Assembly: GCA_964447275.1 (NCBI GenBank)
Contig: CAYURI010000003.1
Location: 510-64,509, forward strand
DNA from: an uncultured Muribaculaceae bacterium
GTDB taxonomy: Bacteria > Bacillota_I > Bacilli_A > RF39 > UBA660
DNA length: 64,000 nt
Direction: 5' to 3'
Part shown: piece by piece, positions 37,326 through 48,086 of the stretch
Layout: the number at the start of each line of letters is the position of its first letter
How positions within the stretch are numbered: position 1 is the stretch's first letter
The notes under the pieces: generated by a model
Database searches by the model: none
What the model saw: the letters and a program-made list of their open reading frames with translations, nothing else
What the model was told of the DNA's origin: nothing
Translations under genes and position numbers: made by a program

Positions 37326-38675
37326 ATGGCAATAAGGCAAATACCTCAAAATACTGAAGCAGAAATGGCTGCACTAGGATCAGCTTTTTTATCAGTAGCA
37401 GCAAAAGATAAAGTGTGTGAAGAATTAACTGAAGAAATGTTTTACTTAGATAGTCATAAAAAGATTTTTGAGGCAATCAAAGAATTATATGAAGAAGGTA
37501 TTCCTCTTGATATAACAACATTAAAAGAAAAACTATCAAAAAATAAAAATTTAGAAGCCATTGGTGGTATTGAATATTTAACAGAAATAATTGACTCTGT
37601 AGCAACTGCTAGTAATATTGAACATTATATAAACATTGTTAAAGAAAAACATTTATTAAGAAGCATTATTGATGTTTCAACTAATATTATTACTAGTGCT
37701 TACGAATCGAAAGAAGATATAAACGAGGTTATTGATAAAGCTGATCGTGATTTTTCTAATGTTATTAAAAATCGTAAAACTGGTGAGTTTGTAAAAATAA
37801 GCGAAGTATTAAGAAGAGCGCAAGAAGACTTAGAAAGGCTTGCTAAAAATAAAAGCGATATAACAGGATTGGCAACTGGCTTTTATAGTTTAGATAAAAT
37901 AACTAGTGGGTTGCAACCTAATACTTTAATAATTTTAGCGGCTAGACCAGCAATGGGGAAAACTACTTTAGGATTAAATATTGCTACTAATGTAGCGTTA
38001 ACAAGTAAAAAAGCCGTAGCAATATTCAGTATGGAAATGGGTGCTGAGCAATTGGTTATGTCAATGATTGCTTCTGTTGGTGGGATTGATTCATTTAAAC
38101 TTCGTACCGGAAGACTAGAACACAATGATTGGAAAAGAGTTAATGAAGCCATAAGCGAACTCGCTGATGCTAAGCTTTATATTGAAGATGCATCTGGTAT
38201 GACAGTGTCAGAAATAAGAGCTAAATGTCGTCGTTTAGCTAATTCAGCTGATGGACTTTCTTTAGTTGTTATCGACTACCTACAGCTAATTGCTGGAAGC
38301 GCTAGATATGCAGGGCAAAGACAACAAGAAGTATCAGAAATATCAAGAGCCTTAAAAACTTTAGCAATGGAACTTCATATTCCAATTATTGCTTTAGCAC
38401 AGTTATCAAGAAGCCCAGAACTAAGAGAAAACAAACGACCAAATCTAAGTGATCTAAGAGAAAGTGGTTCAATTGAACAAGATGCTGACATTGTTGCTTT
38501 CTTATATCGTGATGACTATTATAATAAACCAAATGAAATGAGTAATAATTCTTTAACAGAAATAATCATTGGTAAGCATCGTAATGGAACAACCGGAACG
38601 ATCAACCTATTATTTGAAAAGAATATGAGTAATTTTAGAAATTATATGGATACTGAACCTTCAGAAGGAGAATAA
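37326..38675 (+). CDS. dnaB: replicative DNA helicase (DnaB; DnaC in Bacillus nomenclature)
   Basis: 449 aa. Walker A ARPAMGKT, RecA-like fold. Confidence 0.9.
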   Translation: MAIRQIPQNTEAEMAALGSAFLSVAAKDKVCEELTEEMFYLDSHKKIFEAIKELYEEGIPLDITTLKEKLSKNKNLEAIGGIEYLTEIIDSVATASNIEHYINIVKEKHLLRSIIDVSTNIITSAYESKEDINEVIDKADRDFSNVIKNRKTGEFVKISEVLRRAQEDLERLAKNKSDITGLATGFYSLDKITSGLQPNTLIILAARPAMGKTTLGLNIATNVALTSKKAVAIFSMEMGAEQLVMSMIASVGGIDSFKLRTGRLEHNDWKRVNEAISELADAKLYIEDASGMTVSEIRAKCRRLANSADGLSLVVIDYLQLIAGSARYAGQRQQEVSEISRALKTLAMELHIPIIALAQLSRSPELRENKRPNLSDLRESGSIEQDADIVAFLYRDDYYNKPNEMSNNSLTEIIIGKHRNGTTGTINLLFEKNMSNFRNYMDTEPSEGE

Positions 38676-38676
38676 G

Positions 38677-40125
38677 ATGTCATTCAAAAATATTTTTATT
38701 ACATCAGTTATAACCATTTTAATTACCATCTTGGTATTTCTAGTGGGATTTACAAAAGAAACAAGTTTAAATCCTGTTAGTGTTTACCAGGTTTATTTAG
38801 ATGGTCAAAAAATTGGTTTAATTCGTGATAAAGATAAATTATATGACTTAATTAATAAAGAAGGTCAAGACATTAAAGAAAGATATAATGTTGATCAAGT
38901 ATATCCACCTAATGGTTTAGAAATAACTAAATATATAACTTATGATGAAAAAATATCTAGTGCATCAGAAATATATCGTAAAATAAAAGAAAAAGAATCA
39001 TTTACGATAGTGGCTTATACTGTTACTATTAAACCCAAAGATAGCGAAGCAACGAAGATATATGTTTTAAATAGTGAAGACTTTGAAACGGCCGTCAACT
39101 CTTTAGTTTATGCTTTTATTCCTAAAAAGGATTATGAAGCATTCGTTAATAATACGCAAAAGGAAATTGAAACAACTGGAGAAATTATTCAAGAAATGTA
39201 TTTTAATGAAACAGTAACAATCAAGGAATCTTATGTTAATGCTGAAGAAAAAATATTTTTAAACGCTGACGATTTAAGCCAGTATTTACTTTTTGGTACC
39301 ACTGAAAAACAGAAAACCTATGTTGTAAAATCTGGTGAAGATATTGCTACTATTGCTTATAATCATCAATTAAACACTCAAGAGTTTTTAATTGCCAATC
39401 CAACTTTTGCTAGTGAAAACCAATTATTATCACCAGGTCAAATTGTTAATATTGGCCTTTTAGATCCTGTGGTTGGTCTTGTTTATAAAAAGCACGTTGT
39501 TGCTGACGAAGAAAAAGCGTTTGATACAGAGTATGAATACAGCGCTAGTTTATCTTCAGGAGCAAAATATGTTAAGCAAAATGGTGAAAACGGTATAACG
39601 AGAAATACTCAAGAAGTCACTTATCTTAACGGCGATGTTGTTGATGTCGAATTCGGTGTTGAAGTTGAAATAAAACCAGCTATTCCTAAAATAATTGTTA
39701 GGGGCTTACAAGGAACTGTATCACCAAATGATAATGGTGCTTGGAAATGGCCAACTGTATCGCCATATAGCATTACTAGTCCTTATGGTTATCGCTGGGG
39801 AGATTTTCATAGAGCAATCGATATTGCTGGTCGCCACGGTTCACCAATTATGGCAATTGAAGCTGGCATTGTAATTTTTTCTGGGCGTCAATCAAAAGGC
39901 GGTAATGTTATTCAAATAGATCACTTAAATGGTTACTTCTCTGAGTATGCCCATCTTGATGAAAGATATGTTAAAGTAGGCGATACTGTAAAAAGAGGCA
40001 ATGTTATTGGTACGATGGGTAAAACTGGTTTTGCAACCGGAACACACTTACATTTTGGAATCTGGGTAGGGATGCCTTGGGGTGGTGGTAGCTATACAAT
40101 TAATCCTTTAAAGCTATATCAATAA
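38677..40125 (+). CDS. membrane-anchored M23-family metallopeptidase
   Basis: N-terminal TM. C-terminal LytM motifs HRAIDI...HLHFGI. Confidence 0.7.
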   Translation: MSFKNIFITSVITILITILVFLVGFTKETSLNPVSVYQVYLDGQKIGLIRDKDKLYDLINKEGQDIKERYNVDQVYPPNGLEITKYITYDEKISSASEIYRKIKEKESFTIVAYTVTIKPKDSEATKIYVLNSEDFETAVNSLVYAFIPKKDYEAFVNNTQKEIETTGEIIQEMYFNETVTIKESYVNAEEKIFLNADDLSQYLLFGTTEKQKTYVVKSGEDIATIAYNHQLNTQEFLIANPTFASENQLLSPGQIVNIGLLDPVVGLVYKKHVVADEEKAFDTEYEYSASLSSGAKYVKQNGENGITRNTQEVTYLNGDVVDVEFGVEVEIKPAIPKIIVRGLQGTVSPNDNGAWKWPTVSPYSITSPYGYRWGDFHRAIDIAGRHGSPIMAIEAGIVIFSGRQSKGGNVIQIDHLNGYFSEYAHLDERYVKVGDTVKRGNVIGTMGKTGFATGTHLHFGIWVGMPWGGGSYTINPLKLYQ

Positions 40126-40889
40126 TGAAAGCAATGATATTAGCAAGTGGCTCCAAGGGAAATGCTACTTATGTTGAAACTAAAGAATTTAAAATTTTAA
40201 TCGATTTAGGTGTAAGTGTAAAATATATTAATCAAGAATTAAAAAAAATAAATATTGATATCGATGATATTAATTACATATTAATTACTCATCTACATAT
40301 TGATCATATAAAATATATTGAAAATTTTGGCAAAGATCATAAAGCCCAAATATGTGTAACTCCTAAAATGCACAAAGAATTAAAAAGGCTTAATCCTGAC
40401 TTGAATTATCTTATTTATGAAGGTGATTTGCTTTTTAATGACTTAAGTATTGAAATAATTAATACTAGCCATGATAGTACTGATTCCAGGGGTTTTTTAA
40501 TAACAGAAACTGAATCTTCTTTAGTCTATATAACTGATACTGGTTATTTAAATCAAAGATATTTTAACAAAATTAAAAATAAAAACTTGTATATAGTTGA
40601 GAGTAACCATGATCCTAAAATGTTAAGAGAAGGAAAATATCCTTTGTGGTTACAAAGAAGAATATTATCCGCCGAAGGGCATTTATGTAATGAAGATACC
40701 GCTACATACTTAGCAAAGTTAATTGGTGATGATACTAAAAAAGTTGTTTTAGCTCATTTAAGCGAAGAAAATAATAATGAAGATATTGCTTTAGAAACAT
40801 TTTTAAATAAAATGAAAGAATACGATATCAATTTTAAGAATGTTTCTTGTGCCAGACAAAATGAAGTAAGTGAGATAATTATAATATGA
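40125..40889 (+). CDS. MBL-fold metallo-hydrolase (YycJ/WalJ-like)
   Basis: HxHxDH motif (ITHLHIDHI). yycJ-rlmH synteny as in Bacillus. Confidence 0.65.
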   Translation: MKAMILASGSKGNATYVETKEFKILIDLGVSVKYINQELKKINIDIDDINYILITHLHIDHIKYIENFGKDHKAQICVTPKMHKELKRLNPDLNYLIYEGDLLFNDLSIEIINTSHDSTDSRGFLITETESSLVYITDTGYLNQRYFNKIKNKNLYIVESNHDPKMLREGKYPLWLQRRILSAEGHLCNEDTATYLAKLIGDDTKKVVLAHLSEENNNEDIALETFLNKMKEYDINFKNVSCARQNEVSEIIII

Positions 40890-41320
40890 TAAAGATAATA
40901 TGTATTGGTAAAATAAAAGAAAAGTATTTAGAAGACCTAATCAATGACTATTTAAAAAGAATTAAAAAATACCACAAAATTGAAATGCTTGAACTAAAAG
41001 ATAGTGATATTAATTCGGAGAGCAAAGAGCTAATTAATAAAATTAATAAAAAAGACTTTAATATTTTGTTAGATGTTAAAGGAGAAGCTTTAGACTCTAA
41101 AGACTTTAGTAATCTAATTAATAATACTTTTAATTTTAATAGTAATATTACTTTTATTATTGGTGGCTCAGATGGGGTTAATAAAGAGGTAAAAGACTTG
41201 GTTAATAAGCAAATATCTTTTTCTAAGTTAACTTTTCCGCATGGTATATTTAGAGGGATACTTTTAGAACAAATATATAGAGCTTTTAAAATTATTAATA
41301 ATGAAACATATCATAAGTGA
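40886..41320 (+). CDS. rlmH: 23S rRNA (pseudouridine1915-N3)-methyltransferase RlmH
   Basis: 144 aa SPOUT protein. Conserved position after yycJ. Confidence 0.75.
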   Translation: MIKIICIGKIKEKYLEDLINDYLKRIKKYHKIEMLELKDSDINSESKELINKINKKDFNILLDVKGEALDSKDFSNLINNTFNFNSNITFIIGGSDGVNKEVKDLVNKQISFSKLTFPHGIFRGILLEQIYRAFKIINNETYHK

Positions 41321-41996
41321 GGTTAAAATGATTGGCAATAGTTGGGATGAAAAATTAAAACTTATTTGGGAAAGCGAAGGATTTCATAAGTTTTATGATA
41401 ATGTTTTAGCTTTGTATAAAACTAAAGATATATTTCCGGCTAAAGATAATATATTTGCGGCATTAAAATTAACGCCATATGAGAAAGTAAAAGTTGTTAT
41501 TATTGGCCAAGATCCATATTTTAATACTGGTAAAGCTGATGGATTATCATTTTCTGTACCAGATAGCATGCCAATTCCACCGTCTCTAAAAAACATTTAT
41601 AAAGAATTAGAAGCTGATTTAAATATAAAACCAGCTAAATATGGTAACTTAACTAAGTGGGCTAAAGAAGGTGTATTGCTTTTAAATGCTATCTTAACTG
41701 TTGAAAAAGACAAGGCTGCGAGTCATAAAAACTTAGGATGGGAATTATTAACTGATTATATAATTAAAGTTATAAACTTAAAAGAAGAGCCAGTAGTCTT
41801 TATTTTATGGGGTAATTTTGCTAAAGTAAAAAAGGTTTTAATTACAAATAAAAAGCATTTAGTTATTGAGTCTTCTCACCCTTCACCATTTGCTTGTCGT
41901 AACGGTTTCTTTGGCAGCAAGCCTTTTTCTAAAACTAATGCTTTCTTAATTAAGAATAATATCTCACCAATTAATTGGGATTTAAATAAATTATAA
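41301..41996 (+). CDS. ung: uracil-DNA glycosylase
   Basis: Motif VIIGQDPYF and HPSPF region. Confidence 0.85.
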   Translation: MKHIISEVKMIGNSWDEKLKLIWESEGFHKFYDNVLALYKTKDIFPAKDNIFAALKLTPYEKVKVVIIGQDPYFNTGKADGLSFSVPDSMPIPPSLKNIYKELEADLNIKPAKYGNLTKWAKEGVLLLNAILTVEKDKAASHKNLGWELLTDYIIKVINLKEEPVVFILWGNFAKVKKVLITNKKHLVIESSHPSPFACRNGFFGSKPFSKTNAFLIKNNISPINWDLNKL

Positions 41997-42533
41997 TTTA
42001 AAATCGTTTATATCATCGTCATTTAGATTTTTGCCATCAAAGCAATTTTTAATTTTGATATTATGAATTCTGGCAATAAAAATAGCTGGGAAAGTCTTTA
42101 TTAAACTATTAAATTTTAAAGTGTTAATATTAAAATAAGCTTTAGCTGCTTCTAGTCTTTCATTATTAATTTTTAACTCTGAATCAATTTCTTGAAGCTT
42201 ATCATTATTAATTAATTCTTTATGATCATTTTTAATCTTTTCATATAAGCTAATACTTTCAGTAATTTTACGATCCATATCGAAGTTACTGATTTTTTTA
42301 TTTTTTAAATCATCTAAATCCTTAAAATAATTATGCTCTAAAACATTAATAATAATATTATTTATTCTTGTCAATAAATCATATCTAGCTCTTAACATAT
42401 CATCAACAATAGTTTCTGCTTCATCAATTCTAATTTTTAGTTTTTGAATCTTATTAAAAATGTTTAAATAGAAAAATACTATTAAACAAAACAATATAAT
42501 TAAAGTTAAAAAAATATAAAAAAACATATCCAT
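41991..42533 (-). CDS. LemA-family membrane protein (tentative)
   Basis: 180 aa. N-terminal TM, then a coiled region with a LemA-like pattern (RIDEAETIVDDMLRARYDLLTRI). Confidence 0.45.
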   Translation of the reverse strand: MDMFFYIFLTLIILFCLIVFFYLNIFNKIQKLKIRIDEAETIVDDMLRARYDLLTRINNIIINVLEHNYFKDLDDLKNKKISNFDMDRKITESISLYEKIKNDHKELINNDKLQEIDSELKINNERLEAAKAYFNINTLKFNSLIKTFPAIFIARIHNIKIKNCFDGKNLNDDDINDFKL

Positions 42534-42639
42534 ACTATACCTTCTTACTATAAAAAATTATAACATAAAAGACTTTGTAATTATAGTTTTAATTTATGAT
42601 TAAAATATAGTATAATCATTATAGTAGGAGTAAGTAATT

Positions 42640-43503
42640 ATGAAGAAGAAAAGAAAACTTTTTTTTAGGTCGGTATTATTTTTATTAGGAATGTTTTTAG
42701 TAGCAGTAAACTATAACATGTTTTTATTACCAAATAATCTTGTTATTGGTGGTGTTTCTGGTTTAGCAATTATTTTAAAAAAGATTATTTATATTGAACC
42801 GGTAATGTTTATTTATTTAGTTAATACTTTGTTACTTATTGTTAGTTTCTTTATTCTTGGTTGGAAGAAGACTTCTAAATCAGTTGTTGGTTCTTTGTTA
42901 TTTCCTTTATTTATTACTTTAACAGCTCCTTTGGTAAGCAAATTAAATATTAACTTTGAAAGCGATATAATTATGGTTTTAATATCAGGATTAATGCTTG
43001 GTACAGGAAGCGGCTTAATATATAAAACTGGTTTTACAACTGGTGGGACAGATATCATTGGTCAAATATTTGGTGAAAAGAAGAAGATGTCTTTTGGAAC
43101 AATTATGTTAATTATTAATGCCACAATAGTTCTTGGTGGTGGTTATTTCTTTGGTTATGAAAAAGTTGTTTATACAATTATGATCTTGTTTTTGAACTCT
43201 ACTTTAGTAGATCGTATATTACTTGGTATATCAGATAGTAAAATGTTTTTTATATATACCAAGAAAGTTGATAAGATAAAAAAATATATTATTGAGGAAA
43301 TAAATACTGGAGTTACAGTCTTAAATATTGAAGGTGGTTATTCCTGTGAAAAAGATAAAATGTTAATGTGTGTGGTAAGAACTAGGGATTATTTCTTATT
43401 TAAAGAAACAATTTTGGAAATTGATCCTAGAGCTTTTTTAGTAATTAATGATTGCTATGAGGTCATGGGTGGTGTCAAGAGAGCCAATTTACCATTCATT
43501 TAA
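42640..43503 (+). CDS. YitT-family membrane protein (DUF161/DUF2179), second paralog
   Basis: 287 aa. Similar architecture to the product of 23675-24535. Confidence 0.6.
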   Translation: MKKKRKLFFRSVLFLLGMFLVAVNYNMFLLPNNLVIGGVSGLAIILKKIIYIEPVMFIYLVNTLLLIVSFFILGWKKTSKSVVGSLLFPLFITLTAPLVSKLNINFESDIIMVLISGLMLGTGSGLIYKTGFTTGGTDIIGQIFGEKKKMSFGTIMLIINATIVLGGGYFFGYEKVVYTIMILFLNSTLVDRILLGISDSKMFFIYTKKVDKIKKYIIEEINTGVTVLNIEGGYSCEKDKMLMCVVRTRDYFLFKETILEIDPRAFLVINDCYEVMGGVKRANLPFI

Positions 43504-43544
43504 AAAGGGTTTAGTGATATAATTTTTATTAAGGTGGTATTGTA

Positions 43545-44246
43545 GTGAAGCTAATTGAAGTTAAAAATTGTTATAAAGTATATAAAAATGGTGTAACTGC
43601 CTTAGCTAATTTTAATTTAGAAATTGAAAAGGGCGAATTTGTTTTTGTTATAGGAGCAAGCGGTAGTGGCAAGTCTTCTTTAATAAAAATGTTATATAGA
43701 GAAGAAAAACCAACTAAGGGTGAAGTCATCGTTGGCGGTGTTAATGTTGCTAAATTAAAAAATTGCAAGGTATATAAGTTTAGAAGAAAAATTGGTATTG
43801 TTTTCCAAGATTTTAAGTTGCTTCCTAAACTAACTGTTTATGAAAATGTTGCTTTTGGTTTAGAGAATATTGGTATGAAAGAAAGCGAGATAAAAGAAAA
43901 AGTAAATAAAGCCTTAGGAAGAGTTGGTTTAAAAGAAAAAAACCGTTGTTTTCCTAATCAATTATCTGGTGGTGAACAACAAAGAGTTTGTATTGCGAGA
44001 GCAATTGTTAATGAACCAAAAATTTTAATTTGCGATGAACCAACTGGAAATTTAGATCCAGATCTTTCTAAAGAAGTAGTTACAGTTATTGAAGAAATAA
44101 ATAAAGAGATGGGGACCACAGTTATTATGGCTACTCATGATAAAGAAATTGTTAACAAGATGAAGAAACGAGTTATTTTAATTGAAAATGGTATTCTAGC
44201 TGGTGATTATTTGAAAGGCAGGTATAAAGCTCATGAAAATATTTAG
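43545..44246 (+). CDS. ftsE: cell division ATP-binding protein FtsE (GTG start)
   Basis: ABC ATPase with Walker A GASGSGKSS and signature LSGGEQQR. Followed by ftsX. Confidence 0.85.
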   Translation: MKLIEVKNCYKVYKNGVTALANFNLEIEKGEFVFVIGASGSGKSSLIKMLYREEKPTKGEVIVGGVNVAKLKNCKVYKFRRKIGIVFQDFKLLPKLTVYENVAFGLENIGMKESEIKEKVNKALGRVGLKEKNRCFPNQLSGGEQQRVCIARAIVNEPKILICDEPTGNLDPDLSKEVVTVIEEINKEMGTTVIMATHDKEIVNKMKKRVILIENGILAGDYLKGRYKAHENI

Positions 44247-45138
44247 AATTTTAAAGAGCAATATTAAAGACGCCTTTAAGAGTGTTTTTCGTAACTTTAG
44301 TTTAAGTTTTGCTTCAATTACTTGTACAACAATTACTTTGATATTAGTTTCGGTTGCCATAATTCTTTCGGCCAATGTTAACTCATTTACTAAAGATTTA
44401 GAAGAAGACCTAACAATAGTAGTATTTATGGATCGTGATTCAACATCAGATGATGTTAATTTGTTAACGGAAAATATTAAAACGGTTGATAATGTTATAG
44501 TTGAAGAAATGGTATTTAAAGATAAAGAAGCCGTAAAATTAGAGATGCAAAATGAATCATCAGTATTCAATTCAATTATGTCTTCTTGGACTGAAGCTGA
44601 AAATCCTTTGCAAAATGAATTCTTATTAAAAGTTAAAGATGTTGATAAGATAGGTGATACTGCTAAAGAGATAGCCAAATTAAATAAAGTAGATACAGTA
44701 AAATATGGCGAAGAAATGGTTGATAAACTAGTAATGATTTTTGATGCCGTTAAAAAAACTTCCATTGTTATTGTGGTATCTTTAGTATTAGTAACAGCGT
44801 TCTTAATTAGTAATACTATTAAACTAACAATTATTTCTCGTAAAACAGAAATTGAAATAATGCGTTTAATTGGAACTAGTAACTTAGTTATTAAATTACC
44901 ATTTTTAGTTGAGGGGTTTGTTCTAGGTCTTATTGGAGCTATTATACCGGTAATATTTACCATCTATGGCTATATTTTAACCTATGATAAATTAGGTGGC
45001 TATTTACTATCAAAAATTATTAAACTAATAAACCCTAATTATTTTATTTTCTATGTTGCTTTAATTTTAATAGCAATTGGTAGCGTAGTTGGTGTTATTG
45101 GTAGTTACCGAGCAGTAAGGAAGTATTTAAAAATATGA
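44233..45138 (+). CDS. ftsX: cell division permease FtsX
   Basis: 301 aa. N-terminal TM, large extracellular loop, three C-terminal TM helices. Confidence 0.8.
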   Translation: MKIFRILKSNIKDAFKSVFRNFSLSFASITCTTITLILVSVAIILSANVNSFTKDLEEDLTIVVFMDRDSTSDDVNLLTENIKTVDNVIVEEMVFKDKEAVKLEMQNESSVFNSIMSSWTEAENPLQNEFLLKVKDVDKIGDTAKEIAKLNKVDTVKYGEEMVDKLVMIFDAVKKTSIVIVVSLVLVTAFLISNTIKLTIISRKTEIEIMRLIGTSNLVIKLPFLVEGFVLGLIGAIIPVIFTIYGYILTYDKLGGYLLSKIIKLINPNYFIFYVALILIAIGSVVGVIGSYRAVRKYLKI

Positions 45139-46355
45139 AAAAGTTTTTTAAATATTTTTCTTTGTTTTGTTTATTAATAACTCTTGTTATTCCTTTTTTT
45201 GCTAATCCAACTAGTGTAAATGGAGCAACTAAAGAAGCGGAAACAATTCTTGATTTAAAAGATGAACTAGCAGCTTTAAAGCAAGAAAAGATTGATAATC
45301 AAAATGCTAAGAGTCAAACCCAATCACAAATAAATACTAAAAAGAATGCAATATATAATGCTTATAAAGAGCAAGAGCAAATCGAGGTTAAAGTAACTGA
45401 AGCAGAAGCGAAAATAGTTGAAAGTAATGCTAAGATCGCTGAAGCGAAAAAAGCCATTGATGAATTATTAAGATTTATGCAATTATCTAATGGTGATAGT
45501 GCTTACTTAGAATATATTTCCGGAGCTTCTAGTACAACAGATTTAATTATGAGAACAGCCATTGTTGAACAATTATCTTCATACAATAAAGAAACTGTTG
45601 AGAAAATGGAAGCTTTAATTGCAGAAAATGAACAGTTAAAATTAGATTTAGAAGCACGTAATGTTGAACTTGAATCAATGAAAGCTGAATATAGTAATGC
45701 GATAAAAAGTTTGGGGAACAAACTATCTGAATTAAACGAACTAAATGAAGATATAAATGATCAAATAAAAAACCAAGAAGCTTTAATTGATTATTATAAA
45801 ACAGTATGTAATAGTGAAACTCAAAAGCTAAGTGATTGTGTTAAGATTGGTTCGGCAACTGGTTTCATAAGGCCAACTGTTAAAGGAAGAATAACTAGTT
45901 CTTGGGGATATAGAACTAGTCCAATAACCCATAGAGTATCATTTCATAATGCGATAGATGTCGGTGGTAACAAAGAAGGTACCCCTGTTTATGCAGCAGC
46001 TTTGGGTATGGTGGCGGCAATTACCAAAAAAGCGAGGTGCGGAGGGAACATAATATATATTCATCATAATGTTTTAGGTAAAGCTTATACAACGCAATAT
46101 GCCCATTTACTTTCTTATAATGTTAAAGTTGGTGATATTGTTTCAGCCGGTACTCAGATTGGTACTGTTGGTGGTGGTTCTCAATCAACTTGGGATAGAT
46201 GCTCTACTGGAGCTCACCTTCACTTCGGGGTATCAAAAGGTCATTATTTAGGCGCTGGCAAAGATGGCTATTCATCTTGGAGTAGTTTTATTGCTAGCAG
46301 TGTTAATCCAATGAATTATTTGCCTTCAGGTTCTAGTTGGAGCAGCAGATATTAA
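45135..46355 (+). CDS. secreted coiled-coil + M23 peptidase (PcsB/EnvC-like FtsEX partner)
   Basis: Signal peptide, ~200-aa coiled-coil region. C-terminal LytM domain (HNAIDV...HLHFGV). Confidence 0.65.
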   Translation: MKKFFKYFSLFCLLITLVIPFFANPTSVNGATKEAETILDLKDELAALKQEKIDNQNAKSQTQSQINTKKNAIYNAYKEQEQIEVKVTEAEAKIVESNAKIAEAKKAIDELLRFMQLSNGDSAYLEYISGASSTTDLIMRTAIVEQLSSYNKETVEKMEALIAENEQLKLDLEARNVELESMKAEYSNAIKSLGNKLSELNELNEDINDQIKNQEALIDYYKTVCNSETQKLSDCVKIGSATGFIRPTVKGRITSSWGYRTSPITHRVSFHNAIDVGGNKEGTPVYAAALGMVAAITKKARCGGNIIYIHHNVLGKAYTTQYAHLLSYNVKVGDIVSAGTQIGTVGGGSQSTWDRCSTGAHLHFGVSKGHYLGAGKDGYSSWSSFIASSVNPMNYLPSGSSWSSRY

Positions 46356-46389
46356 ACAAAAGTGTTATAATTAAATAGAGAGGTGAAAT

Positions 46390-46842
46390 ATGAATACAGA
46401 GAATCCAGAAAATTTAAATCAAGAACCAATAATTGCGAGAAGATTAACTATTTTAGAAAGAGATGGCCTTCAGAGAGATGCAGAAGTTAGCAAAGGAGCA
46501 GCAGTATTAAGTGCTATTGGGGCAGCGACATGCATAGCTATGTTTTTTGCCTATTTAAATTACATAAGCGGTGGAGACTTAAATAAATTTGCAGATTTTA
46601 GTAACTTGAATATGCAGGACATAATTTCCAAAATTTTGGAAAAGGTTAGTACTTGGCAATCATTAAAAAAATTAGCAGTTGATTTGGGTCCAATTGGAGT
46701 AGTGTTGCCGATTGCTGCTTTGGATTTCTTTAGAAACATGGTAAATAATGCGGGTAAATATTTGAAATCTAAAAACAAAGTTGATAAGTTAGATTCTATT
46801 TTATCAGAAGAAAATAATGAGCCACAAATGGGAGGCAAATAA
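46390..46842 (+). CDS. hypothetical protein with one central TM segment
   Basis: ORF only. No recognisable motifs. Confidence 0.35.
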   Translation: MNTENPENLNQEPIIARRLTILERDGLQRDAEVSKGAAVLSAIGAATCIAMFFAYLNYISGGDLNKFADFSNLNMQDIISKILEKVSTWQSLKKLAVDLGPIGVVLPIAALDFFRNMVNNAGKYLKSKNKVDKLDSILSEENNEPQMGGK

Positions 46843-46844
46843 CT

Positions 46845-47087
46845 ATGAATAATAGAGGAGAAGAATTAAAACTAAGTGATGGTAACACTTATGTAATTGC
46901 TAGTAACCTTATGCTTGATGGTAAAAATTATTTATATTTGGTTGATAAAACAAATTACAAAAATTTTACCATTTGTGAGGTCATAACTAAAAATGAACTT
47001 GAAGAAGTAGTAGACCCAAATAAATTTTTGAAATTAATGGAACTAGCTAGCAAAGATTTGACTGATATGATAGATAAAGAGTCCTAA
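46845..47087 (+). CDS. small DUF1292-like protein (tentative)
   Basis: 80 aa, acidic. The pattern LKLSDGNTYVIASNLMLDGKNYLYLVD resembles DUF1292. Confidence 0.35.
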   Translation: MNNRGEELKLSDGNTYVIASNLMLDGKNYLYLVDKTNYKNFTICEVITKNELEEVVDPNKFLKLMELASKDLTDMIDKES

Positions 47088-47103
47088 AATCAAAAAACAT
47101 ACT

Positions 47104-47124
47104 AAGCACCTAAAGTGCTTTTTA
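47104..47124 (+). terminator. rho-independent terminator
   Basis: AAGCACctaaaGTGCTT followed by TTT. An extended -10 TGTTATACT follows. Confidence 0.55.
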
Positions 47125-47150
47125 TGTTATACTAAATTACGGAGATTAAT

Positions 47151-48047
47151 ATGACATTTACAACCAAAATAAAAGAAGAATTATCATTAATTGATCTTGA
47201 ACCAGTAGCAGCAAGAATCTTTTTAGCTGCTTATCTTAATACTAATGGCAAACTAAGTAAAAACAAGCTTACTTTTGTGATTGAAAATGCAAAAGTAGCA
47301 AGAAGAATTTATAAAACCATTAAAGAAACTTATAATATTGATATTAACATAACAGTTAGAACTCAAAAAAGATTTAGAGTTAAACAAATATATATATTAA
47401 AAATTAACCAAAAAGTTGATTTAATTTTAAAAGACTTAAAAACTATTAAAGACAACTTAGAATCTGATGAAGAAAAGAAATCTTATTTAAAAGGAGCTTT
47501 TATAGGAGCAGGCAATATTAGTGATCCATCAACTAGCGGTTATCATTTTGAAATCTTAACAGACATAAAAAGTGAAGCTAGTTTTATTAATAAATTATTA
47601 CATCATTTTAATTTTAACAGCAAAATCATTGTTAGAGATAATGGCTATATGATATATATAAAATCATCAGAAAATATTAGTGATATATTAAAAATGTTTG
47701 GAGCCATTAATTCTTTATTTTATTTTGAAGATATTAGAATATATAAAGATCATAAAAACATGGTTAATAGATTAAATAATTGTGAGCTTGCTAATCAAGA
47801 AAAAATTATTAATGCCGGAATGAAACAAATTGAAGACATTAAATATTTACAAAAACATAAATTCTTTGATCTTTTAGATGACAAAACTAAAGAAGTAGCT
47901 AAATATCGCTTACAATATCCAGAAACATCTTATGAGGAACTCGCTAATATAATTAGTTTAGAAATTGAAAAGAAAGTTACCAAATCTTATATAAATCACC
48001 ATATCAGAAAAATTAATGAATTAAAAAAAAGAATTGTCAAAAACTAA
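47151..48047 (+). CDS. whiA: sporulation/cell-division regulator WhiA (LAGLIDADG-like + HTH)
   Basis: 298 aa. N-terminus MTFTTKIKEELSLI resembles WhiA. C-terminal HTH. Confidence 0.7.
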   Translation: MTFTTKIKEELSLIDLEPVAARIFLAAYLNTNGKLSKNKLTFVIENAKVARRIYKTIKETYNIDINITVRTQKRFRVKQIYILKINQKVDLILKDLKTIKDNLESDEEKKSYLKGAFIGAGNISDPSTSGYHFEILTDIKSEASFINKLLHHFNFNSKIIVRDNGYMIYIKSSENISDILKMFGAINSLFYFEDIRIYKDHKNMVNRLNNCELANQEKIINAGMKQIEDIKYLQKHKFFDLLDDKTKEVAKYRLQYPETSYEELANIISLEIEKKVTKSYINHHIRKINELKKRIVKN

Positions 48048-48086
48048 AAATATAGTATAATCATAATGAGAATAGAGGGATATAAT

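Noticed and set aside
44196-44963. 255-aa minus-strand ORF
   Set aside because: Entirely antisense to ftsX and the ftsE 3' end. S/T/I-rich low-complexity translation typical of AT-rich antisense frames. The other internal minus-strand ORFs in the track (e.g. 2050-2397, 3251-3652, 6157-6468, 13226-13684, 26728-27078, 37883-38152) were rejected for the same reason.
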